A DNA stretch of 64,000 bases from contig NC_058369.1 of the NCBI RefSeq assembly GCF_018350175.1, forward strand, positions 7,936,001 to 8,000,000, given 5' to 3'. Every line of letters begins with the position of its first letter. Position 1 is the stretch's first letter. The position numbers and the translations under genes were made by a program. This document shows positions 1-26,375 of the stretch, piece after piece. The notes beneath the pieces were generated by a model, which saw only the letters and a list, made by a program, of their open reading frames with translations, did not search any database and had not been told where the DNA came from. Source of the stretch: Felis catus (lineage: Eukaryota).

Positions 1-55
1 CCTGAGCCAAAGTCAGACACTCAACCAACTGAGCCCCCCCCCCCACCAGGCACCC

Positions 56-235
56 CTGTGTCTCCTCTTCTTATAGGGACACTGGTTGTCTTGCATTCAG
101 GGCCTGCCCTAATCCAGTATGACTGTATCTTCACTAATTACACCTGCCAAGACCCTCGTTCCAAATAAAGTCACAGCCACAGGTGCCTGGGTTTAGGATT
201 TCAAAATATCTTTCTGGGAGAGACAATACGGCCCA
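56..235 (-). mobile_element. MLT1-type (ERVL-MaLR) LTR fragment
   Basis: 'cttatagggacactgg...taatccagtatgac...ccaaataaagtcaca' resembles MLT1 LTRs (recalled). Confidence 0.6.
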
Positions 236-549
236 GAAGGCAGACTGGCCTCTGACAATGCTAGCATTTGGAGTCTGAGACGGTGGCCACAGTTGGAACC
301 AGACTAGTCTGGGGTGGCCCAGTGGAGGGTTCCTGGGGTTCAGGTGCCTGGCGACTGGCTTAAGGGGATGGGACCTTGCGGGAGGAGGGCAGAGGCAGAG
401 AGGAGAAGAAGGAGTTCAAAGAGCAGGGCCAGCACGGATGGAGATACAGAGTGGGCGCGGAAGAGCTCGAAGTGGTCATCCCTGAATCAGGCAGAGGTGA
501 TCCGTGGACACGAGGGAAGGACCCAGGAGACCAACTGGTTACAGTTCCT

Positions 550-990
550 TCACTGTCCAGTACTGGCCACATGGGGCTGGTGAACACCTGAAATATGGCC
601 AGTCGGTACTGAGATGTGCTAAGGGTATAAAATACACAGCGGATTTTGAAGGCAGTACCAAAAAAGGTAAAATAGCTCAATAATATTTTTTTATACTGAG
701 TACATGCTGAAATGATAATATTTTGTGTATACCGGATAAAATAAAAAGTATTATTATTTAAGACAATTGTTTAAATGTTTATTTAATTTTGAGAGAGAGA
801 GGGAGACAGAGCGCGAGCAGGAGAGGGGCAGAGATAGAGGGAGACACAGAATCCGAAGCAGGCTCCAGGCTCCGAGCTGTCAGCACAGAGCCCGACGTGG
901 GGCTCGAACCCACAAACCGCGAGATCATGACCTGAGCCGAAGTCCACTAGGTGCCTCTAAAACGTATTATTAAAATTAATTTTACCTGGG
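550..990. mobile_element. MER33-like hAT-Charlie relic interrupted by a SINE
   Basis: 'ggccacatg...tgaaatatggc...taaaatacac...gattttgaag...tacatgctgaaatgataatatttt' resembles MER33 (recalled). Confidence 0.55.
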
Positions 991-1541
991 GCACCCGACT
1001 GGCTCAGTCAGTAGAGCACGTGGCTCTTGATCTTGGGGTTGTGAGTTTGAGCCCCACACTGGGTATAGAGATTACTTAAAAATAAAATTTTAAAAATAAT
1101 AATTTGGAGGCACCTGGGTGGCTCAGTCAGTTAAGCATCTGACTTTGGCTCAGGTCATGATCTCACGGTTGGTGAATTTGAATCCTGCATTGGGTGAGCC
1201 CAAGCCCCTCATCGGGTGAACCCCACTTCTCTCTCTCTCTCACCTCGCCCTTGCTCACTTGCGCCCTCTGTCTCTCAGTAAAAAAACTAATTTTATCTGT
1301 TTCTTTTTATTTGTTTTTATTGAGATATAATGGACATATAACATTGTATTAGTTTCAAGTGTACAACATAATGAATTGATATTTGTATATATTGCCAAAT
1401 CATTAGCACACTAAATTTACTTAATATCCTTCACCTCACATAGTTACAAATTCTTTTTGTTATGATGACAACTTTTAACATAGCAACTTACAAATAGATA
1501 ATATAGTATTGTTTTTTTATTTTTTAAGGTTGTTTACTTTT

Positions 1542-1751
1542 TTTTTTAATTTTTTTTCAACGTTTATTTATTTTTGGGACAGAGAGAGACAGAGCATGAA
1601 TGGGGGAGGGGCAGAGAGAGAGGGAGACACAGAATCGGAAACAGGCTCCAGGCTCAGCCCAGAGCCTGACGCGGGGCTCGAACTCACGGACCGCGAGATC
1701 GTGACCTGGCTGAAGTCGGACACTTAACCGACTGCGCCACCCAGGCACCCC
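1542..1751 (-). mobile_element. Young felid SINE with 16-bp TSD, nested in the tail of an older SINE
   Basis: TSD AAGGTTGTTTACTTTT at 1526-1541 and 1752-1767. Confidence 0.9.
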
Positions 1752-3976
1752 AAGGTTGTTTACTTTTAAGAGAGACAGAGAGAGAGAGAGAGACAGATGT
1801 GAGTGGGGAGGGACAGAGAGAGAGAATCCCAAGCAGGCTCCGAGCTGTCAGTACAGAGCCCGACATGGGGCTCGATCCCACGAACTGTGAGTTCACGACC
1901 TGAGCCAAAATCAAGAGTCGGTTGCTTAACTGACTGAGCCAGCCAGGCGCCCCTACAGTGTTGTTAACTGTATTCACCATGCTGTACATTACATCCCCCA
2001 GGAAATTATTTATCTTATAACTGGAAGTTTGTACCATTTGACTCCCTTCACACATTTCCTCACCCCTACCCTTTGCCTCCGGCAATTACCAGTCTGTTTT
2101 CTGTATCTATGATCTCATTTTGTTGTTGTTTCTTTCTTTGTTGTTCAGGCTTTTGTTTTTTATTGTTTTAAATTTTCTTGAGAGAGAGAGAGAGAGAGAG
2201 AGCATTAGTGGGGGAGAGGGGCAGAGCGGGAGAGAGAGAGAATCTCAAGCTAGCTCAGTCTCACAACCCCTGGATCATGACCTGAGCCACAATCAACAAG
2301 AATCGAACGCTCAACTGACTCAGCCACCCAGCCACCCTTAAGGCTTTTTTTTTTTTTTTAAGATTTTTATTTATTTATTTATTTACTTACTTATTTTTTA
2401 TTTAAAAGAAATTTTTTAACGTTTATTTTATTTTTGAGACAGAGAGAGACAGAGCATGAACGGGGGAGGGTCAGAGAGAGGGAGACACAGAATCTGAAAC
2501 AGGCTCCAGGCTCTGAGCTGTCAGCACAGAGCCCAATGAGGGGCTCAAACTCACGGACTGCGAGATCATGACCTGAGCCGAAGTCGGCCGCTTAACTGAC
2601 TGAGCCACCCAGGCGCCCCAGATTTTTTTTTATTTTTAAGCAATCTGTATACCCACATGGGGCTCAAACTTACAACCCCGAGATCAAGAGTCTCATGCTC
2701 CAATGACTGAGCCCGCCAGGTGCCCCATGTTTGGTCTTTTTTCAGATTCCCCATATAAGGGAGATCATATGCAGTATTTGTTTTTCTCCGTCTGATTTAG
2801 TTCACTTAGCATAATGCCCCCAGGGTCTATCCATGTTGTTTCAAAAGGCAGGATTAAGGCTGAGTAATGTTCCATTATTTGTGTAGAAACACCACATTTT
2901 TCTTCTCTCTTCAACCACGAAGGGACAGTTAGATTGTTTCCAGGTCTTGACTACTATAAATAATCCCGAAGTGACAGGGAGTGCAGAGATCTCTTCGAGA
3001 TCTTGTTCGAATTTTCTTTGGATAAATACCCAGAAGTGGGATTGCTGGGTCAGCTGGTAGCTTACGTCTTAATTTTTTGAGGATCCTCAATACTGTTTTC
3101 CAGAGCGGCTGCCCCAACATAACATTCCCACCCACAGTGCATGAGGGTTCCCTTTTATCTACAACCTCACCAACCCTTGTTACCTTTTTTTTTAATGTTT
3201 ATTTTTGAGAGAGACAGAAAGACAGAGAGACAGAGACAGAGTGTGAGCAGGGGAGGGGCAGAGAGAGAGAGGGAGACACAGAATCTGAGCTGTCAGCACA
3301 GAGCCTGATGAGGGGCTCGAACTCATGAACCGCGAGACCATGACCTGAGCCAAAGTCGGCCGCTTAACTGACTGAGCCATTCGAGCGCCCCTTGTTATCC
3401 TTTTTATAATAGCCATTATTGTTTTTAATAAGATTTTATACTTTAAGTAATGTCTACACCCAATGTGGGGCTCGAACTCACAGCCCTGAGATCAAGAGTC
3501 GTGTGCTCTACTGACTGAGCCAGCCGGGTGCCCCTATAATAGCCATTCTAAGAAGTGTGAGGTGATATCTCATTGTGGTTTTGATTTGCGTTTCCCTTAC
3601 GATTAATGGTGTTGGGTGCCTTTTCATGTACCTGTTGGCCATTTGTATGTCTTCTTTGGAAAAATATCTATTGAGATCCTGTGTCCATTTTTATTATTTT
3701 TTAATGTTTATTTATTATTTTAAGAGAGAGAGTGTGAGTGGGAGAGGGGAAGAGAGAGAGGGAGACACAGAATCCAAAGCAGGCTTCAGGCTCTGAGCTT
3801 TCAGCAGAGCCGGACGTGGGGCTTGAACTCACGAAACATGAGATCATGACCTGAGCTGAAGTTGGCCGCTTAACCGACTAGCTACCCAGGTGCCCCAAGC
3901 ATCCAACTCTTGATTTTGGCTCAGGTCATGATCTCATGGTTCATCAGATGGAGCCCTGTGTCGGGCTCTACACTGA

Positions 3977-4127
3977 NNNNNNNNNNNNNNNNNNNNNNNN
4001 NNNNNNNNNNNNNNNNNNNNNNNNNNNNNNNNNNNNNNNNNNNNNNNNNNNNNNNNNNNNNNNNNNNNNNNNNNNNNNNNNNNNNNNNNNNNNNNNNNNN
4101 NNNNNNNNNNNNNNNNNNNNNNNNNNN
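3977..4127. other. Assembly gap
   Basis: Run of N. Confidence 1.
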
Positions 4128-4593
4128 TTGGGACACCTGAGTGGCTCAATTGGATGGGTGTCCAACTTTGGCCAAAGTCATGATCTCCTGGTGTGTGAGT
4201 TCGAGCCCCACATGCGCTCACCGCTGTCCGCCTGGAGCCTGCTTCGGATCCTCTGTCCCCCTTTCTCTCTGCCCCCCCCCCCGCTTGCTCTCTGTCAAAA
4301 AATAAACAAAACATTTAAAAAATAACTTGATAAATAGATAGGTTCTTCTAGCTGTTGTGGAGACTAGAGGAGTCAGAATTGGCCTGTGGACACTTGGTGA
4401 TGGGGGCCAGACGTGGGAGGGCAGTGATGAATAAGAATGACAATAGCGGAGGCCCCTGGGTGGCTCGGTTGGTTGGGCGTCTGACTCTTGATTTCAGCTC
4501 TGGTCATGATCCCAGGGCCGCGTGACCCAGCCCTGAGTGCGCTGAGTGTGGAGCCTGCTTGAGATATCCTCTTTTTCCCCTGCCCTTTCTCTG

Positions 4594-4635
<42 letters not shown>

Positions 4636-5619
4636 ACAATAGCAACAGTTCACACTGAAGTGGTGGCTGCTGTGAGCCAGTTCTTTTTTTTTTTTTTTTA
4701 ATATTTATTTATTTGGGGGAGACAGAGAGACAGAGTGCAAGCAGGGGAGGGGCAGAGGGAGAGAGAGAATCGGAAGCAGGCTCCAGGCTCCGAGCTGTCA
4801 GCACAGAGCCAGACGCGGGGCTCGAACCCACAAAGGGGGGTTTCATGACCCGGGCTGAACTCGGATGCTTAAAGGACTGAGCCACCCAGGTGCTCCTGCT
4901 GTGAGCCAGTTCCTAGCATTCTGCATATTCATTTCATCCTTCTCCAATACCCTAGGAATTAGGGACTATTACTAGCCCATTTGGCAGATGAGGAAACTGA
5001 GGTGTTGAGAGGCGAGGTCACACTGCAGCATCTGCCTAGGTGGCCATGACTATTGTGCTGCTTTGGGAGTATGAGGACAACTGAAGACACATTATGAAGT
5101 GGACTGACGGATCCTGGTAAGGGAGGTGATGGAGGGTGGGGGTGGGCGTGGGGCAAGGGTATGGGAGGAAAAGCCAGTGCGAGTGAAATGCAGGGTCAAT
5201 TAGGGACACACAGAACCTGGGGAGCCTGAGAGACAGTCCAAGGGGCACAGATGTGGAGGCTGGCCCCCAGGATGGGGACAGAGACCCAGGCAGGGAGATG
5301 ATGTGGTGGTACTCATTGGGAAGGGGGATGAGGGCAAGGAATCGAGGGCCACACCATAAAACACCCCCCTCCTCCAAGGAACCGGCTTGGGGGTGGTCAG
5401 GCACCAGATCAAACAGAAGGGGTCACTTGTAGCCCCACAACCCAGCTGTCCCCCACAGCAAGTTCTCCTTTCCGTTCCACGTTATTTGTTGCACTTTCTG
5501 TGTTGTTGAGCCCTGTTGTGTACCAGGCCACATGCTGAGTGTTGAGGGGCCAGCAGTGAACAAGATGGACAGAGACCCATGGCCTCGTGGCACGGTGGGG
5601 ACGGAGGTCATAAATATAC

Positions 5620-5697
5620 TATATCTATATCTATATCTATATCTATATCTATATCTATATCTATATCTATATCTATATCTATATCTATATCTATATC
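5620..5697. repeat. (TATATC)n hexanucleotide microsatellite, about 13 units
   Basis: Perfect tandem array read directly. Confidence 0.95.
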
Positions 5698-5705
5698 ATC
5701 ATCAG

Positions 5706-5880
5706 TGCTATGGGCTGAATGTTTGTGCCCCTCCGCCCAATGCATAGATTGAAACTCTAACCCCCAGTGGGATGGCATTGTGGGGTGGGGCCTTTGGGAG
5801 GTGATCAGGGGTTAGATGAGGTCTTGAGGGTGGAGACTCCATGATGGGATTAATACTCTTATAAAAATGTAGAAGAGACA

Positions 5881-5931
<51 letters not shown>

Positions 5932-6055
5932 TCCCTCTGTCTCTGCACAGCACCATGATCTCACATTTCCATCCTCCAGAATCGTGAGAAAGGAATGTTT
6001 ATTGTTTAAGCCACCCAGTCTGCAGCATTTGTTACAGCAGCCTGAGCTGACTCAG
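5706..6055 (+). mobile_element. MLT1A-like solo LTR containing (TC)n
   Basis: Starts TGCTATGGGCTGAATGTTTGTGCCC; ends 'tgtttaagccacccagtct...tttgttacagcagcctgagctgact'. Confidence 0.7.
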
Positions 6056-7412
6056 TCAGGTTGTGGTAGCTGCTCTGGAAAAAAATAGAATGGAGAATGG
6101 GAAAAGAGCCTAAAAGTAGGCGTGGGGTAGATTTGGAGCACAGTCAGCCTGCTGGGATGACATCTGAATAAATTCCTGAAAGAGGAGGTCCAGGAGGAGC
6201 CATGCAGATACCCAGGATGAGGGAACTAGGCGGGCAGGGGGAATGGCAAGAGCAAAGGTCCTGGGGTGGGACTGCACATGTTTGAGAAAGGAGGCAGGTG
6301 TGACTGAAGGCAGGTGTAGTTACGGAAGAGGGGAGGGAAAGTCAGGGAGGGGACTGTCTTTTTTCCTGCTGTTTATGTCCCACGCCCTCGGCCAAATCTT
6401 CTTCGTTACTTCCTTCAGCCTGCTGGGGACAGGGCCCTTGGACTGGCCACTAGAGGCCACCCTCCCTGCGGTTCACAGGGTCACTCCTCTGTCATCTGCC
6501 TTTGAGGTTGCGATAGGTTTTCCCTGAGCCCTGACTGTGCCTCAAATGTCAAGCTAAAGTGCTTTACACGGATGAACTCAGCTGATCCTTCTAACACTCC
6601 TGAGTCAGACGCATTGAAATTTTTTTTACAACTTTATTGAGGTATAACTGACATACATCATACCACACACCTTTCAAGTGTTCAATCCGATGAGTTTCAC
6701 ATCCTGAAAACCAGCACCGGGATCAAGATACTAAACACATCCACCACCTCAAGAAGTATATTCTAGCCCTTTTTGGTCCCTCCCTCTAGCCTCTCGCCAC
6801 CCCCAGACACCCCGAAACCGATCTGCTTTCGGCTACTAGAGATGAAGTTGCATTTTCTGGAGCTTTATATACATGGGACCAGAGAGTATATATCTTCTTT
6901 TTTTATCTGGCTTCTTTCCCTCCGCAGGATTATCACGAAGATTCGCCAATGTTGTTGTGTGTATTTGAGGCCCTCTTTTGCTCCCAAGAAAACTGAGGCA
7001 CACAGAGGTGTAGTTTGGGGGAGTGAGGAGGAGGCGTCACACGGGTTTGGCCCCACAGCAAGGCGGGTCTCGGATGCGCAGGCCGCGGAGGGGCGCTCTG
7101 GCGGGTGGGACGCTGGCAGGTGCACACACGCGCGGCGGCCGCGCCTGGACCGCCTTTCCAGGCGCGCCGTCGGGGGCGGGGCCGGGGCGGGCCCGGGGCG
7201 GGGCTTCCCGACTCTGGAGCCTCCGATAAGGGCCTGCGGGGGGCTCGGACGCGCCTGGGCGCTGCGATAGGGTGGCGGGGCGTGCTCGTGGGGCGCCGCG
7301 GGGAGGCGCCGCGGCCCGAGGTCCCGGTGCGGCCACCCGGAACCGGGGCCGGGCGGGGCGGGGCGTCCGGCCGTGTCGCGCCCGCCCGGCTCCCGGGGCC
7401 AGGGCCGCTAAA

Positions 7413-7490
7413 ATGGCGGCGGCGGCGGCGGAGGTGACAGCGTCCCGCGCCGGGCCCGGGGGCCTGGCCGCCGCGTCGGGGGCCGACTAG
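7413..7490 (+). other. Upstream ORF (25 aa, MAAAAAEVTASRAGPGGLAAASGAD) in the ATG4D leader
   Basis: AAAATGG strong context; TAG at 7488-7490; same frame as the main ATG at 7581. Depends on the TSS lying upstream of 7413. Confidence 0.55.
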
Positions 7491-7580
7491 CGCCTTCCTG
7501 GGCGCCGCGGCCCGGCCCCCACCCCGGGCGCTCGCGCGCGGCCCCCACCTGGGCCCTCCGTCCGCCCTCCCGGCGCGCCC

Positions 7581-13547
<5,967 letters not shown>

Positions 13548-13578
13548 CGGGTGGGGTTGGGGGAGAAGATGCGCACTA

Positions 13579-13592
13579 TTTATTTTTTTATT
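13579..13592 (-). terminator. Probable KRI1 polyadenylation signals (two AATAAA on the minus strand)
   Basis: TTTATT at 13579-13584 and 13587-13592; an alternative ATTAAA(-) lies at 13908-13913. Confidence 0.55.
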
Positions 13593-13897
13593 TATGTCAT
13601 GCTGGGTGTGGGAGCTTGACATCGGGAGGTGATGGGTCTCCCCCTTCTCACTCCCTTGACAAGCGCAGCTGAGACCAGTCCAGGAAAGCTCTGAACTGGG
13701 GCCATTCAGACAATGGGCCTCCCGCCAGCTGGGCCCTCCTCACAGGGCAGGGAGGGAGAGCTTCCGGACACCCACTCAGGGCCTGACTCAAGTACTGTAG
13801 TTTGCACTGGACCACCCATGCCCCTCACTGGTCCCAAAGCCCCTACCTGCTAAGGACGGGAGGTACGGAAGGGGGGGAACTGTGGCCACTGGGGGCT

Positions 13898-13903
13898 AAT
13901 AAA
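13898..13903 (+). terminator. ATG4D polyadenylation signal AATAAA
   Basis: AATAAA about 350 nt after the stop codon, followed by U/GU-rich sequence. Confidence 0.8.
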
Positions 13904-14120
13904 GCCGTTTAATTTGACTGTGGCTATGGCTGGGCCCAGCATTTAACGGATGGGGTCCAAGGGGTCCAAGGCGTGTCTCAAGGTGAGATGCTGGGGGAAG
14001 CGTGTTAGGTAGGCCTCACTTCCACAACTTCTTCGGCCACAGGCAGACACCAGGGTCTACACAGTCCCCAAGCTCGATTGGAGGGGAGGAGGCCCAGGGC
14101 CCCTGCCTGCTCCCCGGAGC

Positions 14121-22400
<8,280 letters not shown>

Positions 22401-22670
22401 CACTCCGGGGCTCCCGGCACCCAGCTGACATCTGGGGGCCCTTTCTCCACTCGCGGTTTCCTGCCTCCCTTCCGTTCCGACAGCGTAAACCGCTGCCCCA
22501 CCCAGCACACTCACCTCTGTCACCCTGGGAATTACCACTCTCTCCCCTCCCCCAAAGTATCCACGATATGCGACCCCCGTGCCCACCCCCCACAAACATA
22601 CTGGACGTGCGACTCTCCATCGCAGACTCAATCAGAAGCCACCAGCTCTGTGATCATGCACAAGTCTTAA

Positions 22671-22676
22671 TTTAAT
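22671..22676 (-). terminator. CDKN2D polyadenylation signal ATTAAA
   Basis: TTTAAT on + at the end of an AU-rich 3' UTR; ARE-like TATTTATT(-) at about 22725-22732. Confidence 0.65.
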
Positions 22677-23243
22677 GGGTAAAAACATTAAATTATCACA
22701 CAACAATATTTTTCCATAAAGCTTAATAAATAGAATCTTTTTTTAACGCTGTACAAGAGACTGAAAAACAGGTTTCCAACAAAATATGAACTCATACTAC
22801 CCTTCTATTGATTTTAAACACTCCCCCCTCCCCCCATGCTCAAGCAGTGTGCACATTTGAGGTCTGTCTCTGGGTACAGCTAGCCAAGGTCTCCAGGTTC
22901 CAGGAGCCCTGGAAGCGATGACCTCACTCGGGCTGGGGCTTTAAACGCTCTGCCCTTGGGCGTCTGCAGCCCCAGCAATCTGAGGCGCAGAGAAAACTGA
23001 ACCGTTTAGACGGCTGTTGCCTGCAGGAGCCCTTCTCTGCCCAACACATCAAAAGGGGTGAGAAAAACAAATGAGAAATGTCCCTCAAACACACACCCCC
23101 CACAAATCAACACCAACAAGCCACAAACTGGTGCCCCTCCCCTTTTGACAGGGGGCAGAAGGAGTGAGGGGAGAAAGTGTTTCTTTCCTCCTCTTTTGAC
23201 ACAGAACCCTGTTGGGTCTGGTTGCTGCAGTGGGCACCCCGGG

Positions 23244-24780
23244 TCACAGCGGTACCACCGAGTGCCCCTGCAGTATGTCCATGAGATCCTGGGCCCCTAT
23301 CCCCTGTGCCAGCTCCAGGGGCGTGAGCCCCCTGGCGTCCCTGTGATGGAGATCAGACTCAGAAGCCAGGAAGCTGACCACAGCGGTGTGGCCCTCTCGC
23401 ACTGCCAGATGGATGGGGAGTGCCCCGGTGCCGTCAGGCACGTTGACATCAGCACCATGCTCTACCAAAACCTTCAGGGTGTCCAGGAATCCAGTGCGCG
23501 CCGCATCATGGGCTGGAGTGGTGCCGGAGGTGTCCTGGACATTGGGGCTGGCACCTTGCTTGAGAAGTTCCAGCGCAATGGTGGAGCTTCCAAACATCAT
23601 GACCTGTGTGGGGGCAGAGAGTGAGGGGTCCTCAAGGGAGAGGTTCCAGTTAAAGGGGTCACTGTAGAGAGGGGTCATTCAAGAATAGGGAACACTAGAG
23701 CTGTTCTAAAGAATGGGGACACACCAGGGAACACAAGCTCTCAGGCGGTTGTTTGATACCCCAGAGAAAGACGTCTCCTTGGAATAGGGACCCCGAAGAA
23801 ACTGGTCACCCCCCTAAGGATAAGAAAACCACGTAGGGAATAGCCTCCAAGGAAACGTTCGAGAAACCTAAGACCCTCCCCAAGGAAGCAGAGATATGCC
23901 CCATCCCATATGGGAAATCGCTAGGAAATATGACTCCTCCCCCACCCCCAGAAATAGGCCTCATAGAATGAGACCTGCTCCAAAGAACTTGGATAGCAAC
24001 CTCAAGGGAAAGATGCCCAGGGAATTTGAAACCCCAGGGTACTTGCCCTGAAGAAATAGGGTTCCCCCTGTAAAATGCCCCCCAGGGAATAAGGATGCCC
24101 ATGCAACGTGTAACTGTGCCCCACTTAGGACTTCCCTTAATATACTAGGAATCTGGAAACAAACAAACACACACACACACACAAAAACCCAAAACAGGAA
24201 TGGAGAGTTACCCAAATAACTGGATACATCTCAGAGAACCCTCCAGAAAATAGGGAACCCCTGGAAACATGAATCCCTCCTTCCAGTGATTGGATCCCCC
24301 CACAGAAATTCCAAGAAACAAGAGCCAGTCCTATGAAACCGGGATCCAAAGAAGCTGCTCTCACATCGCGGAATAAGAACCTCCCCAGGGAAAATTAATC
24401 CTCTGCACCCAGAAAACAAGAAATCCTCCAGAGAAGATGGAAAGTCCTCCCCTCCCCCAACCTAACTCCATCCACCACCCACCCACGAAAGTAGACATCA
24501 AGGAGCAACAGCGCCCCAGGGGAAAAGGACCGAGCCCCCCCCCCCCCCCCCCAGTCAGCCACCACCGCGGTCAAGGAGACTTGAGGGAAAGGGTCTGGGG
24601 TCCCAGCCTCGCCGTCGCTCCCGGCCAGCCGGGCCTCACCTGCAGCGCCGTCTTGCCGAAGCGGTTCAGGGCATCGGGGTGCACCAGCTCACGGTGCAGA
24701 AGGCGGCGCACCTCCTGCACGTCGCCTCGGGCCGCGGCCCCGCTTAGCCTGTCGCCTGCGCGGACCTCCTCCAGCAGCAT
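23244..24780 (-). CDS. CDKN2D: Cyclin-dependent kinase 4 inhibitor D (p19INK4d), ankyrin repeats, 166 aa
   Basis: complement(join(23244..23603,24640..24780)) = 501 nt. [47 protein letters not shown]|VMMFGS...[15 protein letters not shown]... Confidence 0.98.
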
Positions 24781-25520
24781 GTCGACGCTGGCAACCTGCG
24801 AAGCCCCCCGCCCCACGCCGGCGCGGTCAGTGTGGGGAAATCCACCGGCGCTGGCCCTAAGATCTCCCCCGAGGTGCACCTGGCCTGCGCGACGCTCCCA
24901 GCCCAGCACACTAGTCGGCCCTCTGCGCGACCCCCGCCCTGCCGGCGGGCTCCTCCCCCTGTCGGCCAGCGGGTCGCCAGGGGCTGGGAGCCCGGCCCAA
25001 CCCTCCGCGGCTCGCAGGGCCCGGCCCGGCGCCCGCCCCTTGGGGGCCGGGTCTCCCCCCAACTCACCCTCCCTCCTCCTCCTCGACGGGCGGGGTCTGT
25101 TCTGAGCCGCCGCCGCTGCCGCCGCTGAGCTGGCCGCCAGGGGGCGGAGATAGCGCGCTTGAGGCCCCGCCCCGAACGCTGCGGATTTGTTTTCTTACGA
25201 ACTCGCTACACTGTAGCCCAGCCGCGTTGCCCGGCGCGCGACCCGGCAGCGCCCCGCCCATGCGGCCAGGGCAACCAATGGCAACGCGTCGCCGGGGGGA
25301 GATCTACGCTCCGGCCTGGGCGGTGCCTATCCTGATTGGCTGAGCCTCGGCGACCGGTGGCCCGCCGGCAATGGCGGGGTTTTCGGTTTTCAAACTCGCC
25401 AGGCGGGCGGGAAAGACAAGCCGGTTTAACTGACCCGCGGGAGAAAGGTCAGGGGCAGGGTAGCGCGGGTTGCTTCGGGACCTCGGCACCTCAGGGAGGA
25501 AGGGAGGCAAGGCTGGGGCA
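24600..25520 (-). promoter_or_regulatory. CDKN2D CpG-island promoter (CCAAT, E2F, CHR-like and RFX-like motifs) with a 5'UTR intron at 24796-25067
   Basis: CCAAT 25275-25279 and ATTGG near 25335; TTCAAA (CHR TTTGAA on -) 25389-25394; GGCGGGAAA 25406-25414; GGCAAC/GTTGCC half-sites at 25226, 25270, 25280; donor GTGAGT 25067-25062 and CAG acceptor 24798-24796. Confidence 0.75.
25131..25147 (+). promoter_or_regulatory. CTCF motif
   Basis: TGGCCGCCAGGGGGCGG is close to the CTCF core consensus. Confidence 0.55.
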
Positions 25521-26375
25521 GCCCAGTTCGGGGTTCCACCGTTCAGTCACGCGATAAGCATTTATTAGCCCTTACTATGTTCAGAGTGTTTTATTTCATT
25601 CACTCACCCCGTGTGTGCCGGTACCGTTTTCGGCGCTGGGGAGCGTACATTCTGGCAACTACATAATTTTAAAGAGCGTTAAGCACCTCCAAGAAAATAA
25701 AACGGGGAAATGGGGTGGGTGAGAAGGACTCACGTTCTGGCTCAGAGTGAGCCAAACCCGGCACAGCAAGGGCCGGGGCGAAGGCAAATTCACGCTGCAG
25801 CCGCGGCCGCCACGTGGACGAGCCAGGGAGGCGAGAGAGCTGAGGTCGGAGGCGACTCTTGCAAATGCTTGCGTTGAAACATTTACTGAGCACCCTCTGT
25901 GTACTAGGCGCCCAACTGGAGAGCGGGCCAGCCAAGTGGTTCCTGCTGCGGGACCCCCACCATTTAGGCTGGGAGAAGACAGGAATTAAATCTTTTCAGA
26001 ATGGTAAACTCTGTGGAGGTGATAAAACGGGTAAGTTATAGTCTCTTGGGAAAAGAAGGCCGTTGAAATAGGTCAGGGAGGGCCTCCCTGAGGTGACGTG
26101 TGCGACCTGAAAGGGAAGGAGCCATGTGACTATCTGGGGAAAAGCATGCCAGGTGAAGGGCATTAGAGGCACAAAGGCCCAGGTGGGAGCGCACTTGTGC
26201 ACAGGAAGCGTGAGGTCTAGAGGAGGAGAGTGGGAGAAGGTGAAGGCAGCTAAGTGAGGAGGAGGGGTAGCGCAGGTCAGGCTCGGGTCCTGCGGCGAGC
26301 GCTTGACTTTTACTTTTAACACAGGAAGCTTGTGGGAAGGTTCTGAGACCCACGAGCTGACTTAGAGGTTAACAG

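Larger units (their letters stand above)
765..4900. mobile_element. Dense cluster of CAN-SINEs (roughly 14, both orientations) inserted into antisense L1 3' remnants
   Basis: Repeated GGGGCGCCTGGGTGGCTCAGTCGGTT heads, (CT)n tracts and A tails; L1-like segments at about 1290-1510, 1955-2110 and 2735-3690. Confidence 0.9.

Noticed and set aside
988-1100. tRNA-like sequences with A/B boxes (here and at other SINE heads)
   Set aside because: tRNA-derived SINE heads followed by SINE bodies or tails; no intact cloverleaf.
5532-5747. ORF with a (YL)n tract
   Set aside because: Translation of the (TATATC)n microsatellite.
24744-25261. ARF-like alternative frame or upstream ATG (25261) for CDKN2D
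   Set aside because: The ATG is probably upstream of the TSS and is out of frame after splicing 25068->24795; no CDKN2A/ARF-like exon seen.
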